Source: Octopus sinensis (Eukaryota). Taken from it: a stretch of DNA of 64,000 nt. The notes under the pieces were generated by a model. That model was given only the letters and a program-made list of their open reading frames with translations, was not told the origin of the DNA and did not search any database. The DNA lies in assembly GCF_006345805.1 (NCBI RefSeq), contig NC_043002.1:51398001-51462000 (forward strand). The letters run 5' to 3'. The position numbers were made by a program, and so were the translations under genes. This document shows positions 13,311-25,664 of this stretch, piece after piece; within the stretch, counting starts at the first letter, position 1, and the number at the start of each line of letters is the position of its first letter.

Positions 13311-13919
13311 TAGTTAAGAAGGCTCCTCAATGCTGTCGCTCGACCTGCTAGCAATAGCAGCCAAATCCTACTCAATCTATACCCAACCATCAGAAGCAAA
13401 TAAAAAAATAACCAGGCACATTGCGGAATATAGCCTTGAGTACATAATACTGAGAAAAACAGGATGGTCGTGATTAGATTGTATTTGATCACAGATCCCT
13501 TAGAGCAGAGTGTTCTGATGACTCAAATTCAACAACAAATCACAGCACCAATAGTCAGAAAAACACTGCCCGTGAAAAGTCGTGCTCACCACATCTTCAC
13601 TTTCTTTTGTCCCGCTTTTTCAGTTGATGCAAGTAATTAATACCCAAACACCATTGAACAAAAAAGGGCCCCGTATGATCGATCGATCCTCTCGAATTGA
13701 TGTCTCAAACACACATTGTCACTTAAATATTTTAAAGAAAATAATACGAATCACGCTTTATCAGATGACAAAGAGAGATTAAGTGTGACTGTTTTTATTA
13801 GGGTCTACTCGTGGCTAAATTAAATCAACACGATTTTGTGCGTCCTGCAACGCAATTGCCAATCCCGTCTGTAACCATTTTCCTTGATGTCATCAGAGTG
13901 ACGACATCAGAGGTGATTT

Positions 13920-14580
13920 TGGACTGGTTTGCAACAGGAGAGGCTGATTATTCACCATATATGAAATTTGGCGTCATCATTATGATCCCCAGACCAAGCA
14001 GCAATCAATGGAGAGGCACCACAACAGTTCACCGCATCCCAAGAAGTTTTGGACCCAGAAGTCAACAGGAAATATTCTGGCTTCAATGTTCTGGGACAAA
14101 GACAGAGTAGTTCTCATAGAGGGTCGTACTATCAACGCAGAATACTACATATCTGTAGGATGAAATTCTTTGAAGCAGAAACGCCGTGGAAAGCTAAGCC
14201 GTGGTGACCTGCTTTTGTAGGACAATGCACTATCACACACAGCACACAGCACATGAAACTCTATGGAAAATACGCGACTTTGATTTCGAATTGGTAGACC
14301 ACCCACCTTACTCACCTGAATTGGCCCCTCCAACTATCACCTCTTTCCAAAACTGAAGAAACATCTCAAGAGAACGAAATTTCATTCCAATCTGGAACTG
14401 ATCGCTGCTACAGAAGGCTGGTTGGAAGCCCTACCTTCCAAGTTCTTGGGCTTAGAAAAATCGAAGGACCTTTGCAATAAGTGTATGACTCTGGGAGAGC
14501 AATATATTGAATAAAAATCATAATTAAACGATCCTGCTGTATTTTCTTTTACCCAAAGCCAGGAACTTTTCAGCACTCCC
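13920..14580 (+). mobile_element. Degenerate mariner transposase 3' half with right TIR
   Basis: Frame-shifted motifs HHYDPQTKQQS, SPHPKKF, ASMFWD, INAEYY, DNALSH, HPP(Y)SPELAPSNYHLFPKLK; ends aaagccaggaacttttcagcactccc-TA. Confidence 0.85.
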
Positions 14581-14591
14581 TAAAAAATTCA

Positions 14592-15157
14592 TTAGGTTGT
14601 CCGGAAAGTTCGTGCCGATATATAGTAGCTCACCTTTCGGCTTATTTTAGAACATGGTTGAGTACATCAAATAAGATTTGACTACACCTCCATTTAGAGC
14701 ATAGTTTAAGCTATGTTTTCGTGGAAGAAGGTTTGTGTTCCTATAACTGTGTTAATTCTGTAACCCTTTAAAATGGAAGATAAGAAAGTTCATTTTCGGC
14801 ACTTGATGATTTGGGAACCAGACAAAAATTGCTGCAGCTCGACTGGGATGTGTTACCCCACCCTCCATATTCACCAGATATTGCTCCTTCGGATTTCCAC
14901 TTATTCAAGTCTCTGCAGAATAGTCTTAATGGTAAAAATTTCAATTCCTCGGATGACGTAAAAAAGATACCTTGATGAATTCTTTTCCATGAAACCACCT
15001 CAATTCTGGAAAGAGGGTATTTTCAAGTTAAAGGAAAGATGGAGACGCATTGTGCAACAAAATGGTTTATATTTGTTTGATTAAAAATGTAATGGCAAGT
15101 ATTTATTGACCTTTTTCTTTCTTTTAAAAATCGGCACGAACTTTCCGGAGAACCCAA
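14592..15157 (+). mobile_element. Internally deleted mariner with both TIRs
   Basis: TIRs ttaggttgtccggaaagttcgtgccgat / atcggcacgaactttccggagaacccaa-TA; N-terminus MEDKKVHFRHLM joined to WDVLPHPPYSPDIAPSDFHLF...ERWRRIVQQNG. Confidence 0.93.
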
Positions 15158-16464
15158 TACTATAGCTGAGGACAGCATAATCATGACAGGAATGACTTTG
15201 GTCATAGTTCTACGTGATCAGAGCTGACCTGAGATTTAAAAAACAACCAGATATCATACCGCCTGCTCGTAATTCTTGGATGACTCTTCTGCTTTCTTGT
15301 TTTCATATCACGTCTGAGAAAATCTTTTTCTAAACGTATCGGATTGCAGATTCTGATATCCATAATTTTTTTTTATCATCTCACATGTTTTATATCCTTC
15401 TTTCAGCTGTACAATCGGTTACAATTGTCTCTTTTTTTTTCTGTTTTTTTTTACTTTTTATTTTAGATTATTATTTATTTATTTTTGCCATTTCTGACAG
15501 CTCATTTGATTTCCAAGCCAATATGTAGAGGCAGCCTTCTTGCTGCCATTCCTGCAAGAGATTGGTAGGGCTTCCGCGTGATGTCGGTAGGGATTCCGCG
15601 AGAAATAGATACATATAGGTTAATCATATGCATATGCGTTTTTAATCACCCTTTTTTCTCTTCAATTCTATATTCGTAATTTTAATATAGACGCACAAAA
15701 TATTTCCTAAGGGAGAAAAATCCTGGCGTCTGTAAGCCAACCCTACGGAGAAAATGATCTTTTGATAAAGAATTAAAGGAGAAACTGGTCTAAACAAGAT
15801 CTTAGTGAAAGTGAAATTTCTTAAACCTTCTTTGAGGTTTGTAATGGATTTTGCACTGCCAAATCTTTTAAGGACAGTCTTATGTAACTCAATGAGAATC
15901 AAAAGAAAACGAGTAATAAAGATATATAACTTTTATGCAGAGGAGTATATTTTAAGGGTTCCCAAAAGTAAAAAAGTTGGGAAATACTTCACGAGCTTAA
16001 AACAGAAACTACTATCACACACCTTCTTCAAAGAAAGGTATTCTGTGTCTGTTATAAAGATACGATGTTCATGAATGAAATACCTTTGGACATAGAACTG
16101 CCTAATTCGGCTGAACACGAAGTTAACCGAAAACAATAAGACCAAGGAAGAATAAATTATAATAGAGTTATAGAGATATTGTCTAAGAGAATATAGGATG
16201 AACGTAGTGATTGCTTATAGATTACTAACCCGGGACGAAACAACATATTCTATTTTCTGGGATACGTCGAAATCACATGATATGGCAGTTCCGTAGAAGA
16301 CGATTCTCGTCTACCAACCATATACATATCAGTACTTTTATGCACCATGAGTCCATGTGAGATGTTCTCTCAAGGTAAAGAATGCAGTATTCGGCGTTCG
16401 AACAATGTATCTACGTTTAGTTGGATATAAAGCTTACCTTTTGGCATTAATATTGATTCTTTTA

Positions 16465-16845
16465 CCTTTTATTTTTTATCTTTTACTTGTTTCAGTCATT
16501 ATTCTGCGGCCATGTTGAACAATGAAGAATTTTAATCGAATGAATCGACTCCAATGCTTATTTTTTTTAAAGGCTAATACTTGTTCTATCAGTTTCTTTT
16601 ACCGAATTGCTAAGTTACAGGGACGTAAACAAACCAACATCGGTTGTTAGGCAATGGTAGGCGACAAACACAGACACAATCTCACACACACACGCTCACA
16701 CATACATATATAAATACGATGAGCTTCTTTCAGTTTCCGTCTACGAAATCCACTCACAAAAAAAGACCCTTGCCCAAGGTGCCACGCAGCAGAACAGAAT
16801 CCAGAACCATATGGTTGGGAAGCAAAATTCTTACCATACAACCAC
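16465..16845 (-). mobile_element. CORE-like SINE family B
   Basis: Similar to the 56535-56940 copy. Confidence 0.85.
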
Positions 16846-16900
16846 GACTGTTGGTAATGATTATTTTAATCAGCCTATTGACTTTATTATGTTTTTTACA

Positions 16901-17060
16901 CTTTTAGCAGACGATAACCCATTTAGGTATAATGCGTATAGCAGACGATAAGCCATACACATATAATGCGTATACATATATGTGTGTATACTTTTAGCAG
17001 ACGATAACCCATATACGTATATAATAAGTATACTTTTAGCAGATGATAACCCATATACAT
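16901..17060. repeat. Irregular minisatellite, core tagcagacgataacccat x4
   Basis: Copies at about 16905, 16939, 16995 and 17037. Confidence 0.85.
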
Positions 17061-17669
17061 CTAACGAAATTTTCTGTTCAATATAACTTTATAATGTGTC
17101 TTTACTCTTTCAGCTGTTGAGCGGACGGTAACCTATATAGTTATTTGCAACATCCGATTTAATGAACTTGTGATGTAGATTTCTTAAAACAAATTTAGTC
17201 CATTTCGAAGTCATTCCTTTTACACTGAACCCAAATCTTTTCTGTAACATCGTCATTATCTAAAAGTCACGATTGCATTTTGTATACGTAAGCGAATTTA
17301 CGGATGTTGTCTGCGTGTATGTATATAAGCGTGAGTGTACATGAGAGAGAAAAAAGATAGTGAAAGACTGAGAGAGTATGCGTATGGGTGGGATGTATAT
17401 GACAGTGTATATTATGCATAAAATCTTATAGTAAATCGCCACCAAGTAAAGAAACCGATAATTAATATCTCAACACAACCCAAAGGCGAACACACACTAT
17501 CGCAAAACAGCATGCTGTGAATGCATTAAAATTGACCCAGTAACGCCACGCCCTTAAATAACCGTAATCGAGATAATAATTGTGATCCTAACAACAACAA
17601 CAACAACAACAGCAGCAGCAGCAGCAGCAACAACAACAACACAACAACAACAACAGCAGCAGCAGCAGC

Positions 17670-17705
<36 letters not shown>

Positions 17706-18149
17706 AATAATAATAATAATAATAATAATATAATAATAATAATAATAAATGCCCTCGTGCAGTACGAGGCACTGGCTCTCATGGCTTCTGATCTTAACTG
17801 ATTGGAAGTGTTATAATGTACATGTTTTGCTTTGGTATGAAAGATGGCTGGTGGATGGCGATATGTGCATCGCTGATCATGAGCAGAAACAATGGAGGAA
17901 CATTATACCCATGTGTTGAGAGGAATTCTTTGGGGTTTGAACAAATCGCCCATGGAAACATAGGTGTTTCGTTCAACATCCTTAAACAGTCTTATTCAAA
18001 GACCTTTTGAGTGGGATAGGCTATTCGACATGTAGAACGTATTGAGTCCGATAAGGGTACACCACCAGACACATGTATCACAACCATGTGTGCGTGACAT
18101 GGTGATCTCATATCAAAATAGACAACGCATGAACTTGCGATGGAACCCA

Positions 18150-18335
18150 GTTAGTATGTGGGAAGGGAAACTGCCGATTAAATCGACCTTTTCATTTCAC
18201 TTGTACTTAAGTCATCGACCCAGAAAGATAAAAAGCAAAGTCGACTTCGACGGAATTTGAACTCAAAACATAGGGACAAACAAAATGCCGCTATACATTA
18301 TTCTGGCGTGCTGATGGAACTGCCTGCTCACCGGC

Positions 18336-18396
<61 letters not shown>

Positions 18397-18620
18397 TAAT
18401 AATAATGATGATAATAATAATAATCCTTTCTGCTAAAGGCACAAGCCCTAAGATTTGGTGGGAAAGGGACTAATCGATGACATCCACCCCAGTACTCAAC
18501 TGGGGTCGGCCGAAAGGGGTCAGCCTCGGAGAAATTTGGACGCAGAACGTAAAGACAAGTGAAATTCCGCTCAGCCCTTTTGCCTGGCGTCCTAACGGTT
18601 CTGCCAGCTCACCGCCTTCG
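18150..18620 (-). mobile_element. Two SINE family C copies separated by (TAA)n
   Basis: Shared aaagtcgac..cggaatttgaactc..ctgccagctcaccgcctt motifs; the family is also at ~19945, ~30000, ~30290, ~47997 and ~56190. Confidence 0.75.
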
Positions 18621-18964
18621 CAGCAACATGAATAATAACAGTTGTAGTTACAACATTAACAAGTGCAACATCTTGAACAAGAATATAAACATGTTAATGA
18701 CATTAAAACGTCAAACCTAACACTATCAATATTAATAGCAGCCTGTTTCAGTCATGCTGGAGCATCACCTTGAAGAGTTTAGTCGAGTAAAACGACCGTA
18801 GTTGTTGTTTTACCCCTTTTAAAAGACTGATACTTGTTCTATTGGTCATATCTGCCAAACCACTACGTTACGAGGACGTAAACAAAACAACACCAGTTTT
18901 CAAGTTGTTGGAACAAAGACACAAACTTACAAATGCATAATTATTCTATTCAGTACGCCGCCTT

Positions 18965-19005
<41 letters not shown>

Positions 19006-19006
19006 A

Positions 19007-19040
<34 letters not shown>

Positions 19041-19399
19041 GGTGGTGGTGGTGGTGGTAAATTATATTGACTCCTGTTTTTCTCAAATTCTCTTTGAATC
19101 GAACGTGCTATGAACACGCATTTATCTGAAAGAAGTTGTTGGTCGAAATGAGGTCATGCAATAGCGATTAAACATATTCAAGTTCGAATCTGCCGGAACA
19201 ATTAAGAATGAACGGTGACAATGGTTTGCAGAAGTCAAGCTGAACATCTTGATACAAGAACATTCGCAATTTTCCTGTTATTTTATATTACAAAAAAAAT
19301 ATATATATATAAAAATAAAAAATAAAAAATATATAAAGATATAACAACAAAAAACATACACATACATACATTTATCTACCTAACAGTCCATTAACTATT

Positions 19400-19720
19400 C
19401 TACTCTACCTGTGTAAACTGTGGGTATGGAGGTATGGTATTTATTGTGTATATTTCCTATTTAATATTGGGGAAGTTTCATTTATAAGGACGTACTCCCG
19501 TATTTGTCTGAGTGTTGGGTCTTTTGGATAAGATGCGGATGTCAAGTTGACCCAAGTTACCTCCATGGTGGTCTTTGGCATGTTGGTAGAGTATTGAGGA
19601 CTTTTTTCTATCGTCATATTGTCTTAGATGTTCATTTATCCGTTCCACAATGCTCCTAGATGTCTCCCCTATGTACATCATGTTCATATCCTTACAAGCA
19701 CCTTCTATGCATCTTTTTTT
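19400..19720 (-). mobile_element. Penelope-like GIY-YIG endonuclease fragment
   Basis: CKD..MYIGETSRSIVERINEHL...SILYQHAKDHH in ORF 19478..19816. Confidence 0.8.
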
Positions 19721-20218
19721 TTCTATATGTAAGCATTTAGTTATGTAAATAAGCAGATCAACATACAGACGGATAGGTACATTTATATTACAATATATAT
19801 AAAAATTACTTGGCAATACAAATATATATTATTTTCTTTTTCGACATACCACTGGACTAAAGTACGAAGCTTTGCTATATGTCAACCTTGTCCATTAAAA
19901 GCCAGTGATATAACTTTAACACTTGTTGTTTATAGGGCTGTGTACAGGCGGAATCGTTAGCACGCCGGGCGAAATAATTAGCAACATTTTGTCTATCTTT
20001 ACGTTCTGAGGTCAAATTCCGCCGGTGTCGACTTTGCCTTTCATCCTAAAGCCAAAATGCTTTGTTTCCTTTTTATCAATACCGTTTCATTTCTGTTTCG
20101 TAACTGATTGTCTTAAAGTCCGAATTAATATTTCAAAGAGCTCATTAGAACAAATCCGTTTCGCACGAATTAACATGTATAATTGACTGCCACGTGTATG
20201 CAAATATGTGTGTATGTG

Positions 20219-20259
<41 letters not shown>

Positions 20260-20811
20260 ACACATATATATAATGCATATATATAATGTATATCTATGTA
20301 CATACATATATGCATAATATACATGGATACACACACACATACACACACACACTCACACACATGCACTACAGGTTGAAACCTTTCAGTCACAAACTTACCA
20401 CCACATTTCTCCTCATCCTTACAAAGTACACGTGTTCTAGCCTATTTCTCACCAAAACAATATCTCCTGTATACATATATATGCATATACACACACATGG
20501 ATACACACATCACTCGTACAGATCACTGATAAACTTTGATACAAAACATAAATCTTCGTCGAGGCCCCCTTGTTGATATGATTGTTGCTATTGTTATTGT
20601 TGTTATCAGTATCCGTAACAGCAGCAGTTTTATTATTACAAGTGTTATCAGCGTTATTGTTAGTAGTATTCTTGCTGTTGTTATTTTTATTGTTCTTCTT
20701 CTTACTGGTTTCGATGACTGTAGTAATGGTGTTGTTGTTGTTGTTGTTATCGGCCTTGGTGATAAGGGCATTGACAGCAGTGGTGGTGACTGTTGTTAGA
20801 AGAACAGAGTA

Positions 20812-21341
20812 CGTTGGGATGCTGAAAAGTTCCTGGCATTAGGTAAAAGAAAATATAAGAGGATCAGTTAATTATGATTATTTCCGACCAGACCATCAGA
20901 TGTTGCTACACATCGCTGGTCACAATGCGCTTCGCATTGTTTTAGCCTTCGAATGACGCCACCTCGCTGGCTAAGCGAGCAGGCCAACAGAAGAAAGAGT
21001 GAGAGAAAGAGTGGTGAAAGAGTACAGCAGGGATCACCACCCCCCTGCCGGAGCCTCGTGGAGCTTTTTAGGTGTTTTCGCTCAATAAACACACACAACG
21101 CCCGGTCTGGGAATCGAAACCGCGATCCTACGACCTCGAGTCCGCTACCCTAACCACTGGGTCATTGCGTCTCCACAATTATGATTATATTGAATTGAAT
21201 ATATTCCCCTCTCAGATTCACGCATTTATTGCAGCGGTCCTTCAGTTTTTCTAAGCCCTGTAAAAAAACTCGGAATGTTGGGTTTCCAACCAGGCCCTAT
21301 TGCAATACCCTTAAAGACAGGAATTTTTCCACACCCCCTCG
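20812..21341. mobile_element. Mariner-derived MITE of the 13920-14580 family, interrupted by a SINE
   Basis: Left TIR gggatgctgaaaagttcctggc is the reverse complement of the 14558-14580 end; right TIR caggaatttttccacaccccctcg. Confidence 0.8.
20882..21176 (-). mobile_element. tRNA-headed SINE with 12-bp TSD AATTATGATTAT
   Basis: Minus strand tgacccagtggttagg...ggtttcgattccc A/B boxes; TSD at 20870-20881 and 21177-21188. Confidence 0.9.
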
Positions 21342-21635
21342 AATAGTAGTGAACAAATGTTCGTGGCAGTGTTCACATTAAATTTGCTTTTGTTTTTACT
21401 TGAACTAGTCAAAAGATCTGCCATAACTCTTGTTTGAAGGCCTCCAAAATTGGTTGGTAGGAAGGGAAGAAAAAAGCCAGGGACGGGAGACCTGGCAGGT
21501 ATACGCGCAATAGAATGGGCACTATTAAAGGAGCTAAAGGAGGGCAGGTGACGGTACTTACACTGAACGACGGATAAAATTGGAATAGATTGAATGCTAT
21601 AATACTGTTGGTGGCGTTGGAGGGAGTTTGATACT

Positions 21636-21958
21636 AATGATGATGATGATGATGATGATGATGGTGATGAAGATGATAAAGATGATGATGATGATGATGA
21701 CGATTAAGAGGCGAAGGAAGGGGAGAAGGAGGAGGAGGAGGAAGAGAATGAAGAGAAGGAGAAAGAGAAGAAGGAAGTGGAGGAGGAGAAAGAAGAGGAG
21801 AAGGAAGAGGAAGTGGAGGAGGAGAAAGAAGAGGAGAAGGAAGAAGAAGAGAAGAAAGAGGAGGGGAAGAGGAGAAGAAGAAGAAGAAGAAGAAGAAGAA
21901 GAAGAGGTGGAGGAGGAGGAGGAGAAGGAGAAGAAGAAGGAAGAGGACGAAGAAGAGT
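21636..21958. repeat. (GAT)n followed by a GAA/GAG polypurine tract
   Basis: Direct observation. Confidence 0.9.
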
Positions 21959-22299
21959 GTTAACATTGTTTTGCTTAAATGCTATATTGTGTTACGGAAT
22001 AAATCTGTGTGTAAAAGATGGACGCAAACACCTTGCATTTATAGCAATATATTCGTAGATGAAAAAGGGACCCGGCGAAACACTTTCAGTTTTGAGATAG
22101 AATTTTATCCGTGACCTTTTTAAATGGTCACAACGACACTGCTTATGAATCTTTTACAGATAAGGGCTTAAGTAAACTGCTTAGTCTAATTTGCATATAT
22201 AACGCATTATTATCAGCAAATGTGATTTATACATTGTACTTTCGTCAATAGTGGGTTTTTTTTTGTTTCTTTTTGACAATGCTGTACTGTATCTATTAC

Positions 22300-22695
22300 C
22301 TTTCACAGTTACTGAGCTGTGGTCATGCCGAGGTAACGCCTTGAAAGGTTTCAGCTGACAAAATCGACCCCGGTGCTTTTTTTTAGGGCTGGTACATATT
22401 CTACCGATCTGTTTTGTCATAAACAATTGATAAGTGGTGTCAAAAACAAAGTAGACACAAACACGCACGCACGCACGCACACACGCACTCACACGCACTC
22501 ACACACACACACATTTACATACTTATTTACATAAATGTATCCACACAGTTTCCTTCAAGTACATTCACTCGTAAGGTATTGGTCGCCCCGAAGTTATATT
22601 TGAAGACACTTGCTCAAAGTGTCGTGAAGTGGGACTGAACCCGAAACCATGTGGTTACAAAGCGAGCTTCTTAGCACAATAGCTATGCTTGCCTC
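22300..22695 (-). mobile_element. Diverged CORE-like SINE family B
   Basis: gaagacacttgctcaaagtgtcgtgaagtgggactgaacccg matches the family head region. Confidence 0.7.
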
Positions 22696-22878
22696 TATAC
22701 ACGCGCGCGCGCACACACGCACACATACATACGTACGTACATATGTATATATATACATATATATTATATATATATACTTAATAAAAAAAAGCGGAGAAAA
22801 AAGGCAATAAGAAAAATCAACGCGAGGATGTGGTACATGCAAAGTATTAAAAGGACGCTCAGAGGTGCAAAGAAATGG

Positions 22879-22915
22879 TGTTTGATATTTCGAGCAAAAC
22901 TCTTCTTCAGAGACA
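22879..22915 (-). ncRNA. Minimal type I hammerhead-like motif in a Penelope-type terminal repeat (about 22780-22990)
   Basis: Minus strand tgtct-CTGAAGA-agagttttgctc-GAAA-ta-TC-aaaca; same family as the 42539 and 63126 motifs. Confidence 0.6.
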
Positions 22916-23024
22916 AGAGACAGAGGAAAGTCCAATAGAAAATGAAGACGGAGGAAAAAAATTGTCAACAATTCACGTGTATTTACATACGGCTGTCAGT
23001 TCGCATCAAAGCGTCTTCTGTGAA

Positions 23025-23068
23025 CCGGTAGATGCGCATTTCTCCCTCTTCCCCACCTTCAATAGCGG
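23025..23068 (-). ncRNA. Degenerate hammerhead, left arm of the 23008-23256 fold-back
   Basis: Minus strand ccgcta-TTGAAGG-...-GAAA-tgcgc-ATC-taccgg; stem III ATGCGCAT is palindromic; core and stem II damaged. Confidence 0.5.
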
Positions 23069-23191
23069 ATACTAAAGAGAGGTAACGGTGAGCTGACAGA
23101 AAGCCTTAGCATTATGTAAAGCAGTACATCCTAATTACTGATTCAGAAAGTTAAGGGTTTCTTTCAGCTCAGAGTTACCTCTCTTTGTTAT

Positions 23192-23240
23192 CCGCTACTG
23201 AAGACGGAGGTTTATTAAGCCAGAAATGCGAATCTAGCGG
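23192..23240 (+). ncRNA. Type I hammerhead ribozyme candidate, right arm of the fold-back
   Basis: ccgcta-CTGAAGA-cgga-ggttt-att-aagcc-a-GAAA-tgcga-ATC-tagcgg; perfect 6-bp stem I, AUC site at 23232-23234. Confidence 0.7.
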
Positions 23241-23406
23241 TCCACGGAGAGCGCTTTCAGCCAACAACTGTGGATTTATACTTTTTACCATAAACCAGAA
23301 TTTTCTCTCCACGATAAGCTGAAATATGTTACTAACGTATTTGAAGAAACCTAGAGTTTGTTTATTTTCCATCACTGCTTCGCGTCTGTACTCACAAGTG
23401 TGTGTG

Positions 23407-23545
23407 TGTGTGCGTGTGTGTGTGCGTGTGTGTGTGCGCGTGCGTGCGTGTATGTGTGTTTGTGTGTATCATTGCGAGTGAGCGTGTATATTTTTTGTGT
23501 GTATATGTTTGTGTAGCTATATATGTATACATATATATATATATG

Positions 23546-23618
<73 letters not shown>

Positions 23619-23740
23619 GTATATATATAGCTACACAAACATATACACACAAAAAATATACACGCTCACTCGCAATGATACACACAAACACACATACACG
23701 CACGCACGCGCACACACACACGCACACACACACGCACACA
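23407..23740. repeat. Perfect ~117-bp inverted duplication around a (TA)n centre
   Basis: Arms ~23407-23524 and ~23624-23740 are exact reverse complements, including non-repetitive atcattgcgagtgagcgtg. Confidence 0.9.
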
Positions 23741-23766
23741 TATATATATATATTATATATATATAT

Positions 23767-23801
<35 letters not shown>

Positions 23802-23823
23802 TATATGCACACACACATACACG

Positions 23824-23915
<92 letters not shown>

Positions 23916-24019
23916 TATATATAATATATATACGAGTGAATGGACAAATGAAATACGGGCACTCAACAAATTTATTGACAGTTACATGTCTGGATAAAAA
24001 CAGTTTGATTCAAATTCGT

Positions 24020-24060
24020 TGGTACTCTTAAGCTTCAAGTGCGATGCTAGTCGTCAGCCA
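24020..24060 (-). ncRNA. Hammerhead-like motif (GAAG variant), left arm of the 23991-24175 fold-back
   Basis: Minus strand tgg-CTGACGA-ctagcatcgcactt-GAAG-cttaagag-TA-cca. Confidence 0.6.
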
Positions 24061-24105
24061 TTTTGAATTTGAAGCTGAATTATTAATTTGAATTAAAATT
24101 CAAAA

Positions 24106-24146
24106 TGGCTGACGATTAGCATTACGCTTGAAACTCAAGAGTACCA
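24106..24146 (+). ncRNA. Type I hammerhead ribozyme candidate with a canonical core
   Basis: tgg-CTGACGA-tt-agc-attac-gct-t-GAAA-ctc-aa-gag-TA-cca; stems I-III form, GUA site at 24141-24143; stem I can extend through aaattc/gaattt. Confidence 0.75.
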
Positions 24147-25004
24147 ACGAATTTGAACCAAACTATTTTGATCCATAATATATATATATATAAAGGAAAC
24201 AACTATTTCGAATGAGACACCATATTAGTTTTCATTTAGTTTTGCTTACCAACTGCGGTTGGTAATGAGCAGTTGACTAAATTATTATTTTCTTGTGAAG
24301 ATCTGGTGTTCTGAAGTGATTATGCAATCGTCTTTATAACGATTATTGCACAATATACTAGTATACGCTAGTGAAACACGTGTAAAGACTACGTAATTTA
24401 TGATGTTCTAATGAAGTGTTTAACAGAACCTCCTGTTTTATTCCTTTGTAGATATATTCTATAATAAGCATTACATGGAAAACGCACCGGAGATTTATTG
24501 CTGATAATGTTTGTCTGTGACCAGTTTTATGACGTCAATGTACCAGCAAACATTCCTATTATTACCATTGTTGTCATTGCCGACACCCAAGACTACAAAA
24601 GACTACAAGCATCACATTTTAAGCCATGTGATATCAGCAGAAGGAATTAAATCTGCAAAAGAACTCACTGTGGGAAAATGTTGTTGTTGTTGTTTTTGGT
24701 GTTGGTGGTGGTGGTGGTGGTGGTGAGTGATATTTAACTCCAGGTCATCTCTAAACGAGCAGGCTTATCTCTGATCAGAGGATTTGACGATGACCAATTC
24801 TGTCTTTAGGACTACATTTCACAGCATTACTTAACGTGTCATTTGGAGGAGATATGGCTGCTGTCTCATTTTCTCTAGTCTATAGTTATTTTGGTGATGG
24901 GACCAATTATGAAAGCAATGTATTTGTGATCGTTTGTCGTTATGGTTACACGCAAAAACATACGCACATGTATATATGAGAAAAGAAATTAAAGAAATAT
25001 AGGA

Positions 25005-25316
<312 letters not shown>

Positions 25317-25591
25317 GTGTTGCTTTCTAGCTAGTATATTAAAAGGTGGATGAAAGTGGCAAGAATGGTACGAGTGAAGGGACTTACCCTGAGCATACGC
25401 CAGTAGTTGAGGAAAAGGAAAGGAAAAAAAACACCTGCTCTAAAAGTCAGGGTGCCCATGGCTTTTATGAGATTTTTCCATGGGCAGCCCTTGCATGTTT
25501 CCTTCCCACTGAGGATTACACATTGTTGAATTTTTTCTTTGTTTCCATATGCTAATCTTGCTTACACGCAAAACCCTCACAACAACACACA

Positions 25592-25664
<73 letters not shown>

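Noticed and set aside
15640-16330. AT-rich ORF-like stretch, possible LINE ORF remnant
   Set aside because: No diagnostic motif that I could identify
19120-19160. ctgaaaga...cgaaatgaggtc hammerhead-like words
   Set aside because: Core spacing is wrong and stems I and III cannot be formed
24452-24504. Possible terminal exon (acceptor ttcctttgtag, then IFYNKHYMENAPEIYC*)
   Set aside because: Short, no recognisable homology or partner exons, and it follows a decayed HHR-like motif so may be a repeat tail
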